Shown here one piece after another: positions 1-15,740 of a stretch of 64,000 bases of DNA. Every line of letters begins with the position of its first letter. Positions within the stretch are counted from its first letter, which is position 1. Location of the stretch: assembly GCF_009914755.1 (NCBI RefSeq), contig NC_060930.1. One strand, written 5' to 3'. Origin of the DNA: the human T2T-CHM13v2.0 reference genome, Homo sapiens. The notes beneath the pieces were generated by a model. That model was not told the DNA's origin. It saw only the letters and a program-made list of their open reading frames with translations, and made no database searches. Made by a program: the position numbers and the translations under genes.

Positions 1-499
1 GCCCTTTAGGGGTTCTCAATTAAAGGCCTGAAGTGCCTACCAGGAATTCTCTTTTTTGGAAGGTCCTGAACTCTGAGTTTTGTCTTCCTAGGACCATGAG
101 ACTACTAAAATCTCTGGTTAACAAGCAGTTTGTTGAGTGGTTTCTTGGTTTCTTGCCTCTTGGACTGTGCATGTTTAGTTTAGAAATAGGGCAATTCCTT
201 GAGGAAACATTACACGGAGAATGTAGGGCTCGCTTCTCTAGAACCCTGGTTCCTCAAATCATTTGATAGTCATGAATTCTACTTTTCTCCCCAGCCCAGT
301 AAGACTCTTGTAACACAAGGTATTATTAATTTATTTGGCCTCTATTCTGCAGAAAATTATCTATACCAAATAGTGGTGGCTTACCTCAATGCATTTTATT
401 TCTCTCCAGTATCTTGGCCCTTTAAATCCTGGTGGCTTTGTTACTCTCTGTTGTTTAGAGCTGTTTTTCTTAGGGGGACTGCTTTATCCTGCCCTTATG

Positions 500-802
500 G
501 GGTTTTTTTTTTTAATTTTTTGAGAGAGGATTTCACTTTGTTGCCCAGGGTAGAGTGCAGGGGCATGATCTTGACTGCGACCCCTACCTCCTGGGCTCAA
601 GCCATCCTCCCACTGTTCAGCCTCCCAAGTAGCTGGGACTACAGGTGTACACTCACGATGCCCAGCTAATTTTTGTATTTTTAGTAGGGGTGGGGTTTCA
701 TCAGGTTGCCCAGACTGGTCTTCAACTCCTAAGCTCAAGTAATCCTCCCACCTCGGCCGCCCAGGGTGCTCGGGTTACAGGCGTGAGCCACCATGCCTGG
801 CC
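500..802 (-). mobile_element. Alu (AluJ-like)
   Basis: Reverse Alu consensus with T-tail. Confidence 0.9.
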
Positions 803-1658
803 TTCACGGTCGTTTTTTGTGGGAGAGTCAGTCCAATACAAGCTATCCGTTCATAGGTGGAAGTAGAAGTTTCCCATTTCTTAATTTCTAGGAAAAATAA
901 TATGTTGTCAGAAGTCTGCATTATGTGAAGGGAATATTCTTTCTCTCCTGTGCAAGTACGGAAGGCGTCTTGTGATGCTTGTGTCTTCCCAGCCTCATTG
1001 CTTTATTTGACATTTGCCTTTAAGCAGATTTGAAGACTTCTCACAATTTGGTCACAGATTCTGTAATTTTCCATCAGTCCCTGAGGACCTGAAGTTCCTC
1101 AAACTGATCTCTGGGGAACAGAATGATTTTCCTTGGCTGCTTAGAGGCTGGGAGTGTGGTTATGGCAGCAGTAGATGCTGCTCCAAGAGTGGGCAGGGGT
1201 TAGCCTTGAAGAAGCCACTAGGATAAAATATGGGTTTGTGTCATCCAAAGCTCAATGAGGAAAACTGGCTAAAATAAATAATTCCCTCTTAAGATATGGC
1301 TGTTGACATGCCCAGGGAAATGGTTTCCATAGGAAACAATAAAAATAGCACTATTTTTAAACTGGGAAGGAATGGCACTTAGGTATCCAGATTTTAAAAT
1401 AATATTGAATAACAGGAAATGTTGAAAGATTCAGCTATTTTGGTTTGACAGCATCTCTTTTTGCATTCCTCCTATTCTGGAGAAATGGAGAAGAGATAGT
1501 TCTTCATGTCCTCCATATACTTGAAAGAAATGTCAAAATGTCTTTAACCTTTTCTACGGGATAAAAATGGAAAATTCTGACACTGCAATCAGATGTTTCC
1601 ATTTTTTGTCTATTGAGAGCTTTTCTTCAGTTGTTGAGAATTCTTTCAGTACACTTAG

Positions 1659-2055
<397 letters not shown>

Positions 2056-2940
2056 TAAGAAATAATTTGGCTTTGATAAGAATAAATGACTCCAATTTTT
2101 CCCAGTATACTTGACTTGTTTACTACTGGTATCCAGAAATTTCTCCTTGCTTAATGAATCTTCATAAAAACATGTCTCCTCCCTTCTGATGATGGGATCA
2201 TTCAGATTATGGAAATACAGACATTTACTTATGAGCAATGTGAAAAGTGTTTTTAACATTTTAAAAACTAATTTATTTTAAGAATTACTTTCTGCTTCTG
2301 GTGGAGAAACTCAGCCCACTGGAGGGAGAGTTGGAGGAAGCAGGGCCAACTGTGGGTGCGGGGAGTGCTGGAGAAAGCCAGGTCCAAGGGGGCTTCCCAC
2401 GGATGCTCAGACAAATCAGGGCCTGGACTGCCCGCTCACAGATCTGAAGTTGAACCCTCAATCCCTCAGTTCTCAACCTTAAAGAGACAAAGAGTTTTAG
2501 AATTTTATTTAATACACGACAATTAAAGGTAAATTCAAATAACATCTCCATCACGGGACAGAGCTGTGTTCAGAAATGCCTCCAAGGTAAATTCTGATTG
2601 CCTAAGACCATGCTTTTGATGCCTCTGCTAGAAGTTGGTCCACATGGCATTCAGAAACAACTGTCAAAGGGAGAGTGGCTATTGTCCTTTAATGAAGTCC
2701 CTATAGCCAGGTTCTCCATGCCAGAGCTGTCGAGTGATTGAAGCCTGCTTTGAAACCTGGGGATGTCCCCTGCTCTGTCTACTATTGCTAAGAAACGTCC
2801 AGATCCCGAAGGAAATAAAAGACGTCAGGAGTAAAAAGATGGTGGTGGTTCTATTGATGTACCTAGTGATGTATTAGTATTTAGGCACAGCTTGAAAAGA
2901 GCTGAGGTAACACAAAGAAAGGTAGACAAAATAGATATTG

Positions 2941-3240
2941 GGCCTGGTGCGGTGGCTCATACCTGTAATCTCAGCACTTTGGGAGGCCAAGGTGGGAGGA
3001 CAGCTTAAGCCCAGGAGTTCAAGACCAGCCTGAGAAGCACAGGGAGACCCTGTCTCTACAAATAATTTAAACATTAGCTGGGCATGGCGGTGTGCACCTG
3101 TGGTCCCAGCTACTCAGGAGATTGAGGTGGGAGAATCATCTGAGCCCTGAAGGTAGAGGCTGCAGTGAGCAGTGATTGTGCCACCGCACTCTAGCCTGGG
3201 TAACAGAGCGAGACTCAGTCTCAAAAAAAAAAAAAAAGAA
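2941..3240 (+). mobile_element. AluJ
   Basis: Full dimer with A-tail. Confidence 0.92.
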
Positions 3241-3781
3241 AGGAAAGAAATAAATAGACATTGTTCTGATCTTATGATAAGAGGAATTCCCAACCTTCAA
3301 AATGAAATTTTAAAACTGCCTCCTTTTAGAAATCTTCTGGTTGCGCCAGCCAGGAGTGAATGCCTGGCCCCTCTAACTCAGCATTTACACGCTGCTCTTA
3401 GGCAGTGTTAACTCCATATGGGCCTAATTTGTATTTCCAGCATGACAGTTCCTCAATGGGAGTTATTATGTCTACAGTTACTTTGTGCCCTCTGTAGTAC
3501 CAAGGAAATTACTTTAAAGCAAGTAGCTGTGTGATCTCGAGGAACTCACATAACTTCTAAAAATTTTTGCTCATTTATAAAAAGAAGATAATGATAGTAC
3601 CTACCTAATTGGGATTATGTAAAGATTAAATAACTCAAGTAAACTGTGAAGTATGCTTAGCACATGATACTCAAATAAATACTGTGCATGGGTAAATTTT
3701 TATATATACATACACATACACGTAACATATATACTTCTATCTATTGATCTATACACATCTATATATATAAATATTGATGCT

Positions 3782-4048
3782 GGCCAGGTGTGTGTGGTGG
3801 CTCACGCCTGTAATCCCAGCACTTTGGGAGGCCGAGGTGGGTGGATCACTTGAGGCCAGGAGTTCAAGACATGCCATCTCCACTAGAAAAAAAAAATGCA
3901 AAAATTAGCTGGGCATGGTGGCACGTGCCCATAATCCCAATTACTTGGGAAGCTGAGGCAGGAAATTGCTTGAACCTGGAAGGCAGAGGTTGCAGTGAGC
4001 TGAGGTCGTGCCACTGCACTCCAGCCTAGGCAACAGAGCAAGACTCCA

Positions 4049-4050
<2 letters not shown>
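3782..4050 (+). mobile_element. AluS
   Basis: Alu dimer with short internal deletion; TGATGCT on both flanks. Confidence 0.9.

Positions 4051-4087
<37 letters not shown>
4050..4087 (+). repeat. (CA)n microsatellite replacing an Alu tail
   Basis: About 19 CA units directly after GACTCCAT of an Alu. Confidence 0.95.
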
Positions 4088-4088
<1 letters not shown>

Positions 4089-4639
4089 ATGCTATGCCAT
4101 CCCAGGGCTCCCTGGCTAAGATAAAAGAAGAGCAAGCAGTGCCTGGCACACTTTCTAAACACATACCCTCCCCCTCCCTCTCAATCTTTGCAGTATTTAG
4201 TTTTTACTGTGTCCTCATCCTAAGGGAACCTGGCTAAGTGGTAGAGAAACTAGATGAGAGAGCATTTTCCCTAGTAGCCAAATGAATTTATAAATGCTTT
4301 CTTGTCACATTACGGAAACTTTCTAATAGCAAATTGTGCTGGTTGCTGCTGTCAATTTGTTGTTACGTAGAAGCTGCTAAGTGATTTCACCACCAAGGCC
4401 GCGGGTTTACAGAAACGTCTTTCCCACTCAGCAAAGACTACAGGCGACTTGACACACTACACTAGAATGAGTCCCAGCACATCTTCAGTACAGTGCAGTG
4501 GAGCAGCTTGGTACCCGTTGCCAGGGTACCACTCTCTCAATAGGGTTTCTAGGGTAACTGTCATCTCAACATCCTCGAGTTTGTATTCTGGCTATTCCTA
4601 GTATGAAGATGACAATCTGCTTCAATGCCTGAAGGTCTC

Positions 4640-5050
4640 TAATTTTATTCAGTATTTATGGCTTTCCTGCCCTCCTTCCTCATGCCCCATTCTTTCCAAA
4701 AACCCTTGCACATTGGCCTCCCTGCTACTTGACCACTCTCTTGGAGGAAGCACGCCCTCACAGTCTCCAAACGCAGCACTCTCCTGCCAGACCTCCATGC
4801 AGCCGATCTCCTCTCTGGAGTGTTTAAACGGTTCAGCGCCCTTCCTTTTGAAACCCTGTCCTTTATTGGCTTCTTGGGAATTATACTCTGGATTTTTCTC
4901 CTCTCTGACTAATCCATCTTTGTTGCTGTCATCCCTTCCCACCTTTTGTCCCTCAAATGTCAGCATTCCCCAAGGTTCTGCCCTGAGCTACATTTTTTCT
5001 TTGCTCTATATATTTATTCCCACAAGAATCAATCCACTCACATGCTTATT
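4640..5050 (+). mobile_element. L2 fragment
   Basis: Pyrimidine-rich TTGACCACTCTC..TTGAAAC..CTCTGGATTTTTCTCCT..CCCCAAGGTTCTGCCCTGAG, typical of L2 RT remnants. Confidence 0.55.
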
Positions 5051-5217
5051 ACAATAATGGGCCAATGCAGACAAGTTTAATGAAAAAAGTAAAAAATGTC
5101 ACACAAAATTCTAGACATAAACATTGACATCTATCTATCTATATTTATGCATATAGTTGCATTTCATAAAAACCAGATCATTCTATGTTTGGTAACCTGA
5201 TTTCTAAGAATTCAATA

Positions 5218-5517
<300 letters not shown>

Positions 5518-5542
5518 TTATCATCATTTTAGGTGTACCATA

Positions 5543-6385
5543 TTGTATTTGTATTCTAGGGCTGCCATAACAAAGTACAGCAGCCTGGGTGGCTGAAGAC
5601 AGCGGTCCCCAACCTTTTTGGCACAGGGACCAGTTTTGTGGAAGACCATTTTTCCATAGACCAGGGTGCGGCTGCAGGAAGATAGTTTTGGGATGATTCA
5701 AGCCCATTATATTTACTGTGTACTTTATTTCTATTATTATTACATTGTAATATATAAGGAAATAATTATACAACCCACCATAATGTAGAATCAATGTGAG
5801 CCCTGAGCTTGTTTTTCTGCAACTAGATGGTCCCATGTGGGGGTGATGAGAGACAGTGACAGGTCATCAGGCATTGGATTCTCATAAGGGCCCACAACCT
5901 AGATCCCTTACATGTGCAATTCACAATAGGGTTTGCACTCCTATTAGAATCTAATGCTGCTGCTGATCTGACAGGAGGTGAAGCTCAGGCAGGAATGACA
6001 GCGATGGGGAGGGCTGTAAATACAGATGAAGCTTTGCTTGCTTGCCCACTACTCACCTCCTGCTGTGTGGCCCAGTTCCTAACAGGCCATAGACAGGGAG
6101 TTGGAGACTCCTGGCTTAAACAACAGAAATGTATTGTCTCACAGGTCTAGAGACTAGAAGTCTGACATAAAGGTGTCAACAGGGTTAGTTTCTTCTGAGG
6201 TCTTGCTCTTGGCTTGTAGAAAGTCATCTTCTCTGTGTCTTTACATGGTCTTCCCTCTGTGTATGTCTAAGGTAATGGGTTAGGGCCCAGTCTCTTTAAA
6301 GGCCCTGTCTCCAAATACAGCCACCTTCTGAGGCCCTGGGGGTAGGACTGAACACATGAATGGGGGAAACAATGCAGCTCATAGT
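5543..6385 (-). mobile_element. MLT1 (MaLR) LTR, interrupted by MER1A
   Basis: AGGGCTGCCATAACAAAGTAC...GGCTTAAACAACAGAAATGTATTGTCTCACAG, typical of an MLT1 3' end in reverse. Confidence 0.7.
5600..6113 (-). mobile_element. MER1A (hAT-Charlie MITE) inserted in an MLT1 LTR
   Basis: Termini CAGCGGTCCCCAACC...GAGACTCCTG; reverse-complement homolog of the copy at 21537. Confidence 0.85.
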
Positions 6386-6440
6386 GCGTGTGTGTTTATA
6401 TATATACACACACACATGTCCTGGTCTCTAATTAGTGTGA

Positions 6441-7069
<629 letters not shown>

Positions 7070-8212
7070 CATAGCACACATATTTTTAAAAGGAATTCAT
7101 TTGTGGTCATTTAAGCCATTTTTTCAAGTATTTAAATAATACCATGGTAGTTATATTTTATCCTTAGTTTTGGAATTTTCTTATCATCCCTTTGGTTGAT
7201 GAGTTGAATTTCACGAGTGGTCTAGACCAAATGCCGACTTCCCCTGTGAAACTGATCACAGGCAACCATTCCTTAACCTGTGACCCTGTGCTCTGCTGCG
7301 TGCTCCATCATCGTGGTAATTATTCTACTCTGCCCTGTGAGGGAGTCCTTAGTTACACTTTTGTCAATACACTTAACGTCAAAGACTGGTTCTTACGCGT
7401 CCCTGCACCCTCCCAGCCTAGAGCACATTTGTGGGACTCTGTGGATGGATGGAATTCACCAAAGTTACACTAATTCCCCTCAGGTGCTCAACACTTTCAA
7501 GGTTCAAACCTTATTTTTTCACATCATTTAGGCTCCCTTTGTCTCCTTTTCTTCTTGGTTCTTTCTTTCCATATTATTTTTATTTTTTATCCTAAAGAGA
7601 TTTTTCAAAGCTTTGCCTCAAACTCACTGAACATCTGTGTTAACCTAGATAGCTAGATTTGTGGCACTGTTAAGACACCTAAGTTAAGAAATGGAATTTT
7701 ATTATGCATTTTCCCTTTTGCCAGGAGGATAATAAATATTTAGTGAAGAGCTGATTGAGATCAAGTAACATGGTAAGTTTTTCTCGTGGTGATGAGTTTA
7801 CGCATGGACAGAACCATCATAGGGGCCTGAAAATATTCACTTAGTGTAACTTAGTGCTTCACCCTATTTGCACCTTTCCAGTGAATTACACGTGCATTTC
7901 ACCTTTTCCAGGTGTTCCTACTAACCTGTGCTTGACAGCTCCTATGTTTTGCCTAAACCTCAATGATCAACGCTGCTAATAAACTGCTGTTCTACGTCTC
8001 AGTAGATGTGGATGCTGACCTCCCTCAGCAACAGAGGACAAGGGCTGCACTAATTAGATACCAGGACATGTTCAAAAGGGAATGCCCTTAAATTTGGTGG
8101 TTTGTGGAGGATAGATTTTTATCTGAGGAAACATATTGTTTGGAAACTCTTTCAGTTATTTCTAAGCAAATTGGTTTAGAAATAACTAAAATTAAAAAGT
8201 GATCTTATTACT

Positions 8213-8895
8213 GGCTGGGTGCAGCAGCTCATACCTGTAATCCCAGCACTTTGGGAGGCTGAGGCAGGTGAATTGCCTGAGCTCAGGAGTTCGAGACCAG
8301 CCTGGCCAACATGGTGAAACCCCCATCTCTACTAAAAATAGAAAAATTAGCTGGGCATGGTGGTGCATGCCTGTAGTCCCAGCTACTCAGGAGGTTGAGG
8401 CAGGAGAATTGCTTGAACCTGAGAGGCGGAGGTTACAGTGAGCCAAGATCACGCCACTGCAATCCAGCCTGGGAGACAGAGCTGGCTGGAGCTCTGTCTT
8501 AAAAGACAGAGACTCCGTCTTAAAAAACAAACAAAAAAAGCAATCTTATTACTTTTGAAATTAAAAAGTAATCTTATTCATCAAAAAAATTAGGAAATAC
8601 TGGCCAGGCACAGTGGCTTAAGCCTGTAATTCCAGCAATTTGGGAGGCTGACTTGGAAGGATAGCTTGAGGCCAGGAGTTGGAGATCAGCCTGGGCAACA
8701 TAGCAAGACCCCTGTCTCTACAAAAAGTAACAAAATTAGCCAGCCGTGGTGGTGCACACCTGAAGTCCCATCAACTCAGGAGGCTGAAGTGGGAGAATCA
8801 CTTGAGCCTAGGAGTTTGAGGCTGCTGTAAGCTATGATCATGCTACTACATTCCAGCCTCAGGGACAGAGTGAAACCCTGTCTCTAAAAATAAAA
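8213..8895 (+). mobile_element. Two plus-strand Alus (AluS 8213-8540; AluJ 8602-8895)
   Basis: Alu consensus; TSD-like ATCTTATTACT and GGAAATA(C/T)T. Confidence 0.9.
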
Positions 8896-10191
8896 TATTT
8901 GGAAATATTGTAGGAATAAAAAAACCCTTTTAGATAATAATAAAATATAATACTCTCCCCTGTACCCACATATAACACAAGAAGTAAAATATTATACATT
9001 CAACTTAAACTCCTTATTCTTTTTTAACTCTTTTCTCCTTTCTTCCCTTGCAGATATAACAAATATCCTGAATTTTGTGTTCAGCATTCCTTTTGATTTT
9101 TTCTGAATTTTAGAATAAATGTATTTAACTATAAACAATGTATCCTGTTGTAATTCATATAAAAGATATCATAATATATGGAAACTCCAGCAAATTTCTC
9201 TTTCCATTCAACATCATTTTTTCTGAAATAGTTTATTCTTACATTTCTAATTATTTCATTTCACTCTCATATAATATTCTATTTTATGAATAGTCCACAA
9301 TTTATCTAGTCTCCTACTAATGGATATATAGGTTGTTTTTAGTTTTAATTTTGTTTTTTACTATCAAAAACAGTGCTTTAATGAAAGCTCTTGGATACGT
9401 CTTCTTCTGCACAGTACTAATTGCCTAGATGGAGGTATTGGATGAGAGTTCTGTTGTTTCACCTCCTCATCAGCATTTGGTTTTGTTTCCATTGTGGTTT
9501 CTTCACTATCATTGCTTACTACAGAAAGTTGTGCAGAACAAGAATTGTCTTAGTCGGTTCAGGCTGCTGTAACAAAACACCATATACTGGGCGGCTTAAA
9601 TAGCAGACATTTATTTCTTATAGTTCTGGAGGCTGGAAGTCCAAGATCAAGGTGATTATGATAAATATGCGTATTTTTAGTGGTTATTTTAGTGGCTATT
9701 TCCAGAATAGTCACTTAAAAATAAGGCAAAGAAGTACAGCTAAAAAGCCAGTAGAGAAATTAAAATTTTTGATAAAAATTTTTGATTAAACTAAAAGAAG
9801 GCAGGAAAGGAGTTACAAAGAATCAAAGTATAGGATCAGTTATATAGTTATACAGTTTGATCTTATATTTTAATTCTTTATAACTCTTTGTATTTTATTT
9901 AATGGTAGGCCTAAATCTAATCATATCAATAATTACATCAAATGTAAAGGTACTAAGCATGCTCATTAAGAACAGATTGTCAGACTAGATTTATTAAAAA
10001 TCAAGACCTAACTACATGCTGTTTAAAAGGGTTACCCTGTGTAAAGTATCAGAGGGAATGAAATCAAATAATGGAAAAAGATATACTATGTAAACAGCAC
10101 ATATAAAAAATCTGAGATGGCTACATTAATACCAGATAAAAGAGACTTCAACACAAGGAAGAGAAACAAGTTTTAGTAAGTGTAAAAGAAT

Positions 10192-10525
10192 GGGCCAGGC
10201 AGTGGTGCTATGATTGTAATCCCAGCACTTGGGAGGCTAAAGCAGGAGGATCGCTTGAGCCCAGGCATTTGAGACCAGTTTGGGTAACATAATGAGAACT
10301 TATGTCTACCAAAAAAAAAAAAACAAACAAACAAACAAATTAGCCAAGCATGGTGGTGCATGCCTGTAGTCCCAGCTATTCTGAAGGTAGAGGCAGGAAG
10401 ATCTCGAGCCCAGGAATTCAAGGCTGCAGTGAACTGTGATCATGTCACTGCACTTCAGTCTGGGTAATAGAGTGAGACCCTGTCTCAGAAATAAATAAAT
10501 AACTAAACTAAACTAAATAATAAAC
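10192..10525 (+). mobile_element. AluJ within L1M
   Basis: Alu consensus with expanded middle A-tract. Confidence 0.9.
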
Positions 10526-10613
10526 AAAAGGATTAAAATCTTACAGATTTTCTGACCACAAAATAATTAAGTTAGAAATGAATAGCTGTATGTAGAAATT
10601 AAATAACTTACTC

Positions 10614-12947
10614 TTTTTTTTCATAAAGCTATATTTTTTCCATTTAAATGACAACCTTTATTCTGAGATTATATTCTTCCTAATTTTAGGGGCTAAAATA
10701 TATTTTCTTTTACATAATGTGCTAATAGCAGGTGGTTATTTGTTTTGTTTGTTTTTATGTACTTAGCCGGCAAAATTAAAAGCCAGAAACTGAGGCCCCA
10801 ATTATTTTTTTTTAATACAAATCTACTGATGCTTAAAACTCAGAGCTTAGGCACCACAGATTTGGTAAAGGCCAATCTTCTTGTTGCATATTTCACAATA
10901 TTGAATTCTTTCTTGGTGAGTTCCCCATACAAGTTATGAAGCAGGATAAAAGTCAGTCTTATATTAAGTCAGTGTAAATATGGCCTTAATTTCAATCACC
11001 AAAGAAATGTATTTTTGTTGTACACCATGGTTACAGCATGTTTTATTAAAACTAATTATACTAGTACCTACCAAGAGAATATCAATTTAAAAGTTATAAT
11101 GCCACTTCTATGATGTCATTACTTCTATAGGACTAGCCTGTGTCACATGTGTGAGCAATATTGGTCCAATGCAGAAACAAAGAAGTCTGGGTGTCCAAGC
11201 AGGCCACTTTTCTGGGTTAGGGTTTCAGTGGTACCATAGATGGCTGCCAGTCTCAATGTACACTTTGGCCCATTTATCTTTATAAATCATACCATATAGC
11301 TTTGATATTTACATACATTTAAACTGAGAAGAAATATGCACTACAAAAAAGCACAGTTGAGTGGGTTTCATGTGTCAGAAATAACTCCATATTTCACAGT
11401 TATTTTTATGTCATTAGCTACCCTTGATAAAGAACGATTCCATATAAACGTACAAACTGGAACATAATTTTATAAAACTTTAAAGAGATCTTTGTAAATC
11501 ACAGTGTGTTTGCTTATAAACAAATCAAATCAATTAATCTTCATTTCTTCAAAGTGTCAAAAACAACAGAGTAGCTGGACATTACTTTTTCTAATCAGTT
11601 TCAGAGAAAATACAGGAATAATGATCAATGGCATTTTGGAGCAGATAAAACTGCTGAGTTTTATGTTTGGGTCTTTCATTCTGTGATTTGCTATAATAGT
11701 ATTCCTTCCTATTAGCTGTTCTTGACAATATTAGTTCTATATTCATTTGAAATGAGCATTTATATTAAACTCCAAAATTACCTCTGGTAGTATCCAGAAT
11801 ATATGTCAGAAACCCCTAAAAGCAACTTCTGTTTTCCTCTTAATTAAGATAACATTTAGTCATGTTAATAACTATTCAAACAACAACTTCAGATTTTCAA
11901 GACCAGTAGGATGCCTTGCAGTAAGCATACATAGGCTGGTGCACCTGGCCAAGTTATAATGCAGTTATCAATAGTTAGTTCTTCTTGGTTTTTTTCAAAT
12001 AGCGATCCCGTGTAGACTTTTCATAGCCATGATTATTTTAAAATAAATCCAAGACGGCAGGATTGAGATTATCAAGCCCATAAGAGCATGGATCAGGTAT
12101 CCATTGGTTTGGGATTGCAGGCCTACTGTTTTAATTGCAGACTTCAAAATGTCCCCGAAGAGGGCTTATCCAAAGTTGGCTTTCGGATTTTAGCCAGTTT
12201 TATAGCTACGAAGTATGGCAGGACACTCTGCACAAAGATGCCCTTGCTCCTATACTCCCCATGGAGGCACTGAGAGAAGAAATCAACAAAAGTCTTGGTT
12301 GCAGAACAGATCGTCAACAGTGGGACGGGGAACATGCCTCTGCCAGCGGAGAGGTTCAGATTCACCCCTTTAGATCTTTCCATCATGCCAGGTGCACCAA
12401 CTGTGTCATCTTACAAACAGAGAGAATATTAATATTTATCATTTTCTTGATCATATTGTCCAAGTCAGGAATGTCCAAAAAGTATTTGGGATACTCATAT
12501 GACATTCCCACGTTGTTCACTAAGACGCCGATTTCAAGACCAGCCAAGCCTGTTTTAATTTTATCATAAATATCTTCTGATGCAGTCAACAGCAATGGTT
12601 CTTGTCTCCACTTTGAAGTTTTCTTTTATTTCCCTGGAAACCTGGTCAAGTTTATCCTGTAATCTGCTGATAAGGACAACCGCCATTTCATGTTTTGCTA
12701 ACTCTTCTGCATACGATTTTCCAGTTCCATCAGTACTACCTGATGTGCCCATTCCCCAAGCCCTGGGCGGACCTCCGACTCGTTCCCCACTCCCCAGACC
12801 CAGAGGGCCCTGAAGAGCGAGTAGCAGATGCGCAGAGCTAGGTAGGCCACGGTGCCTGCAGTGCCTGCGCCTACCCAGTACAGGAAGCTGGCAGCGGGGA
12901 GAGCACTCTCTATGGCTTTCCATTAGGGCTCACTACCTTCGTGAATC
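10614..12947 (-). pseudogene. Full-length processed pseudogene of HSD17B12 (3-ketoacyl-CoA reductase / 17-beta-HSD12)
   Basis: Intronless ORF pieces GSTDGTGKSYAEELAKH..., [31 protein letters not shown]..., SATKTFVDFFSQCLH...KIRKPTLDKPS and C-terminal LKKTKKN-TAA (stop 11977-11975). Start codon mutated to ATA (12913-12911), at least 4 frameshifts, ~1.35 kb 3' UTR, AATAAA (10662-10657), poly(A) remnant (T-run 10614-10621), and TSD TAAA(T/C)AACTTACT at 10600-10612 and 12948-12960. Confidence 0.95.
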
Positions 12948-13814
12948 TAAACAACTTACTTCTAAATAAACCATGGATAAAAGCAAAAATCATGAGAAGA
13001 AATCTAAGGAGAAAATTAGAAAATACTTTAAACTCTGATAATAAAGATACAACATATGAAAATGTGTGGGATGCAGGTAAGGTGGTCCTTAGAGGAAAAT
13101 TTATAGGTTTAAATACTTGTATTTGAAAACAAAAAAGTTTAAAATTAATCTAAGTTTTTATCTTAAGAATCTAGAATAAGATGAGCAAATTAAACCCAAA
13201 GAAAATAGACGGGAAGTACTTATAAAGATAAAAGGTATAAATAAAATAGAAAACACACAATAGCTTAAACTAACAAAGCAAAAGTTGTTTTTCTCAAAAA
13301 AAAATTAATGAAATGGATAAACCTCAGCAAGAGTGACTGAGAAAAATTGATCATTCGGACATTAAATAGATAATAACAAGACTATGAACAACTTAAACTA
13401 AATAGAAAAATTCCTTGAAAAACATAGCTTACCAAAACAGACCCAAGATGAAAGAGAAAATAAGAATAGCTCTGTATCTTTTAAATAAATTGAATTTTCT
13501 ATCATCAACTTCTTCTCAAATAGAATTCCAGAAGCAAATGAATTGACTGGTGAACTTTACCAAACACTTAAGAAAGAAATATCAATTTTACAAAAACCAT
13601 TTCAAAAACATAGATGAGGAAACAATTTCCATCCCATGTCATGAGGCAGGAGAATCCTGAAGCCAATACCTGACAAAGACATGACAATAAAAAGAAAAGA
13701 AAAAATATATCATTAACCAGTTACCTTCATGAACGTAAATGTATTTTTTTCATACAATGTTAGCAATTCAAATCCAGCAATATATGAAAAGGACAATATA
13801 TGTTGATCAAATAA

Positions 13815-14135
<321 letters not shown>

Positions 14136-14966
14136 TAAAGGTTTTTTTTAGCATCCAATTATTAAGCAATGTAATTTATCATATTAGTAAAATAAAGGAG
14201 AAAACTATGTCAATAAGCGCAGGAAGAACATATGACAAAATTCAACACCCCAACATATAAAAACTCTCAGCAAACAAGAAATAGAAGAAATTTTTTTCAA
14301 CCTGATAAAGGGCATCTAGAGAGGTACCGAAAGGTAACATTATACTTAATGATAAAATATCTGATGCTTTCACCCTAAGACTGGGAATATGTAAGGATGT
14401 CATCATAAATTTGTTTAATATAGTTGCTGCCTTGGCATCCATTTTTAGGCCTAATGTAAGTTGTTTACAACCAAGTCATAGCCCATCACCTTTGCCCTAG
14501 TTAAAACTACCCCCCGGCCCCGCCTAGTTGTTTTTGCTATAGCCCACTTGCTTTTCATCCCACTAACTCAAAACCCCATACACCCCACAGCTGCTACCAC
14601 TGTAAAACTGAATCATCAATACCAGAGTCATGGAAGCAAGTTCTCCAATCTGTATTTTCATTAAACTATCCAGTCCACAAACCTAGGAGATAGTGCCCAC
14701 GGACCTTAATGAAGACATAGTCCCAGAAGTCCCTCCCCACCCCCGACCCGCCCACTGGATGAACTCCTCAAAGCCTCCAGACTCCCCACTGGCCTCCTGC
14801 AGGCACCCTTAACCTCTCTGGGACCTATGAGCAATACATTTCTTTGGTTTCATGCATCTTGGTTTTATTTCCTCATCATATCTCACCTGACTGATACACA
14901 GGAACCTAACTTTTCCCTCAGTTAGAGTTCTCCTAGAGAGGGGTTATCTTGCCCTACGGGCACTCT

Positions 14967-15740
<774 letters not shown>

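Noticed and set aside
7789-7830. C-box (GTGATGA) and D-box (CTGA) suggestive of a snoRNA
   Set aside because: Only ~40 nt apart, no terminal stem, and not within a recognised intron.
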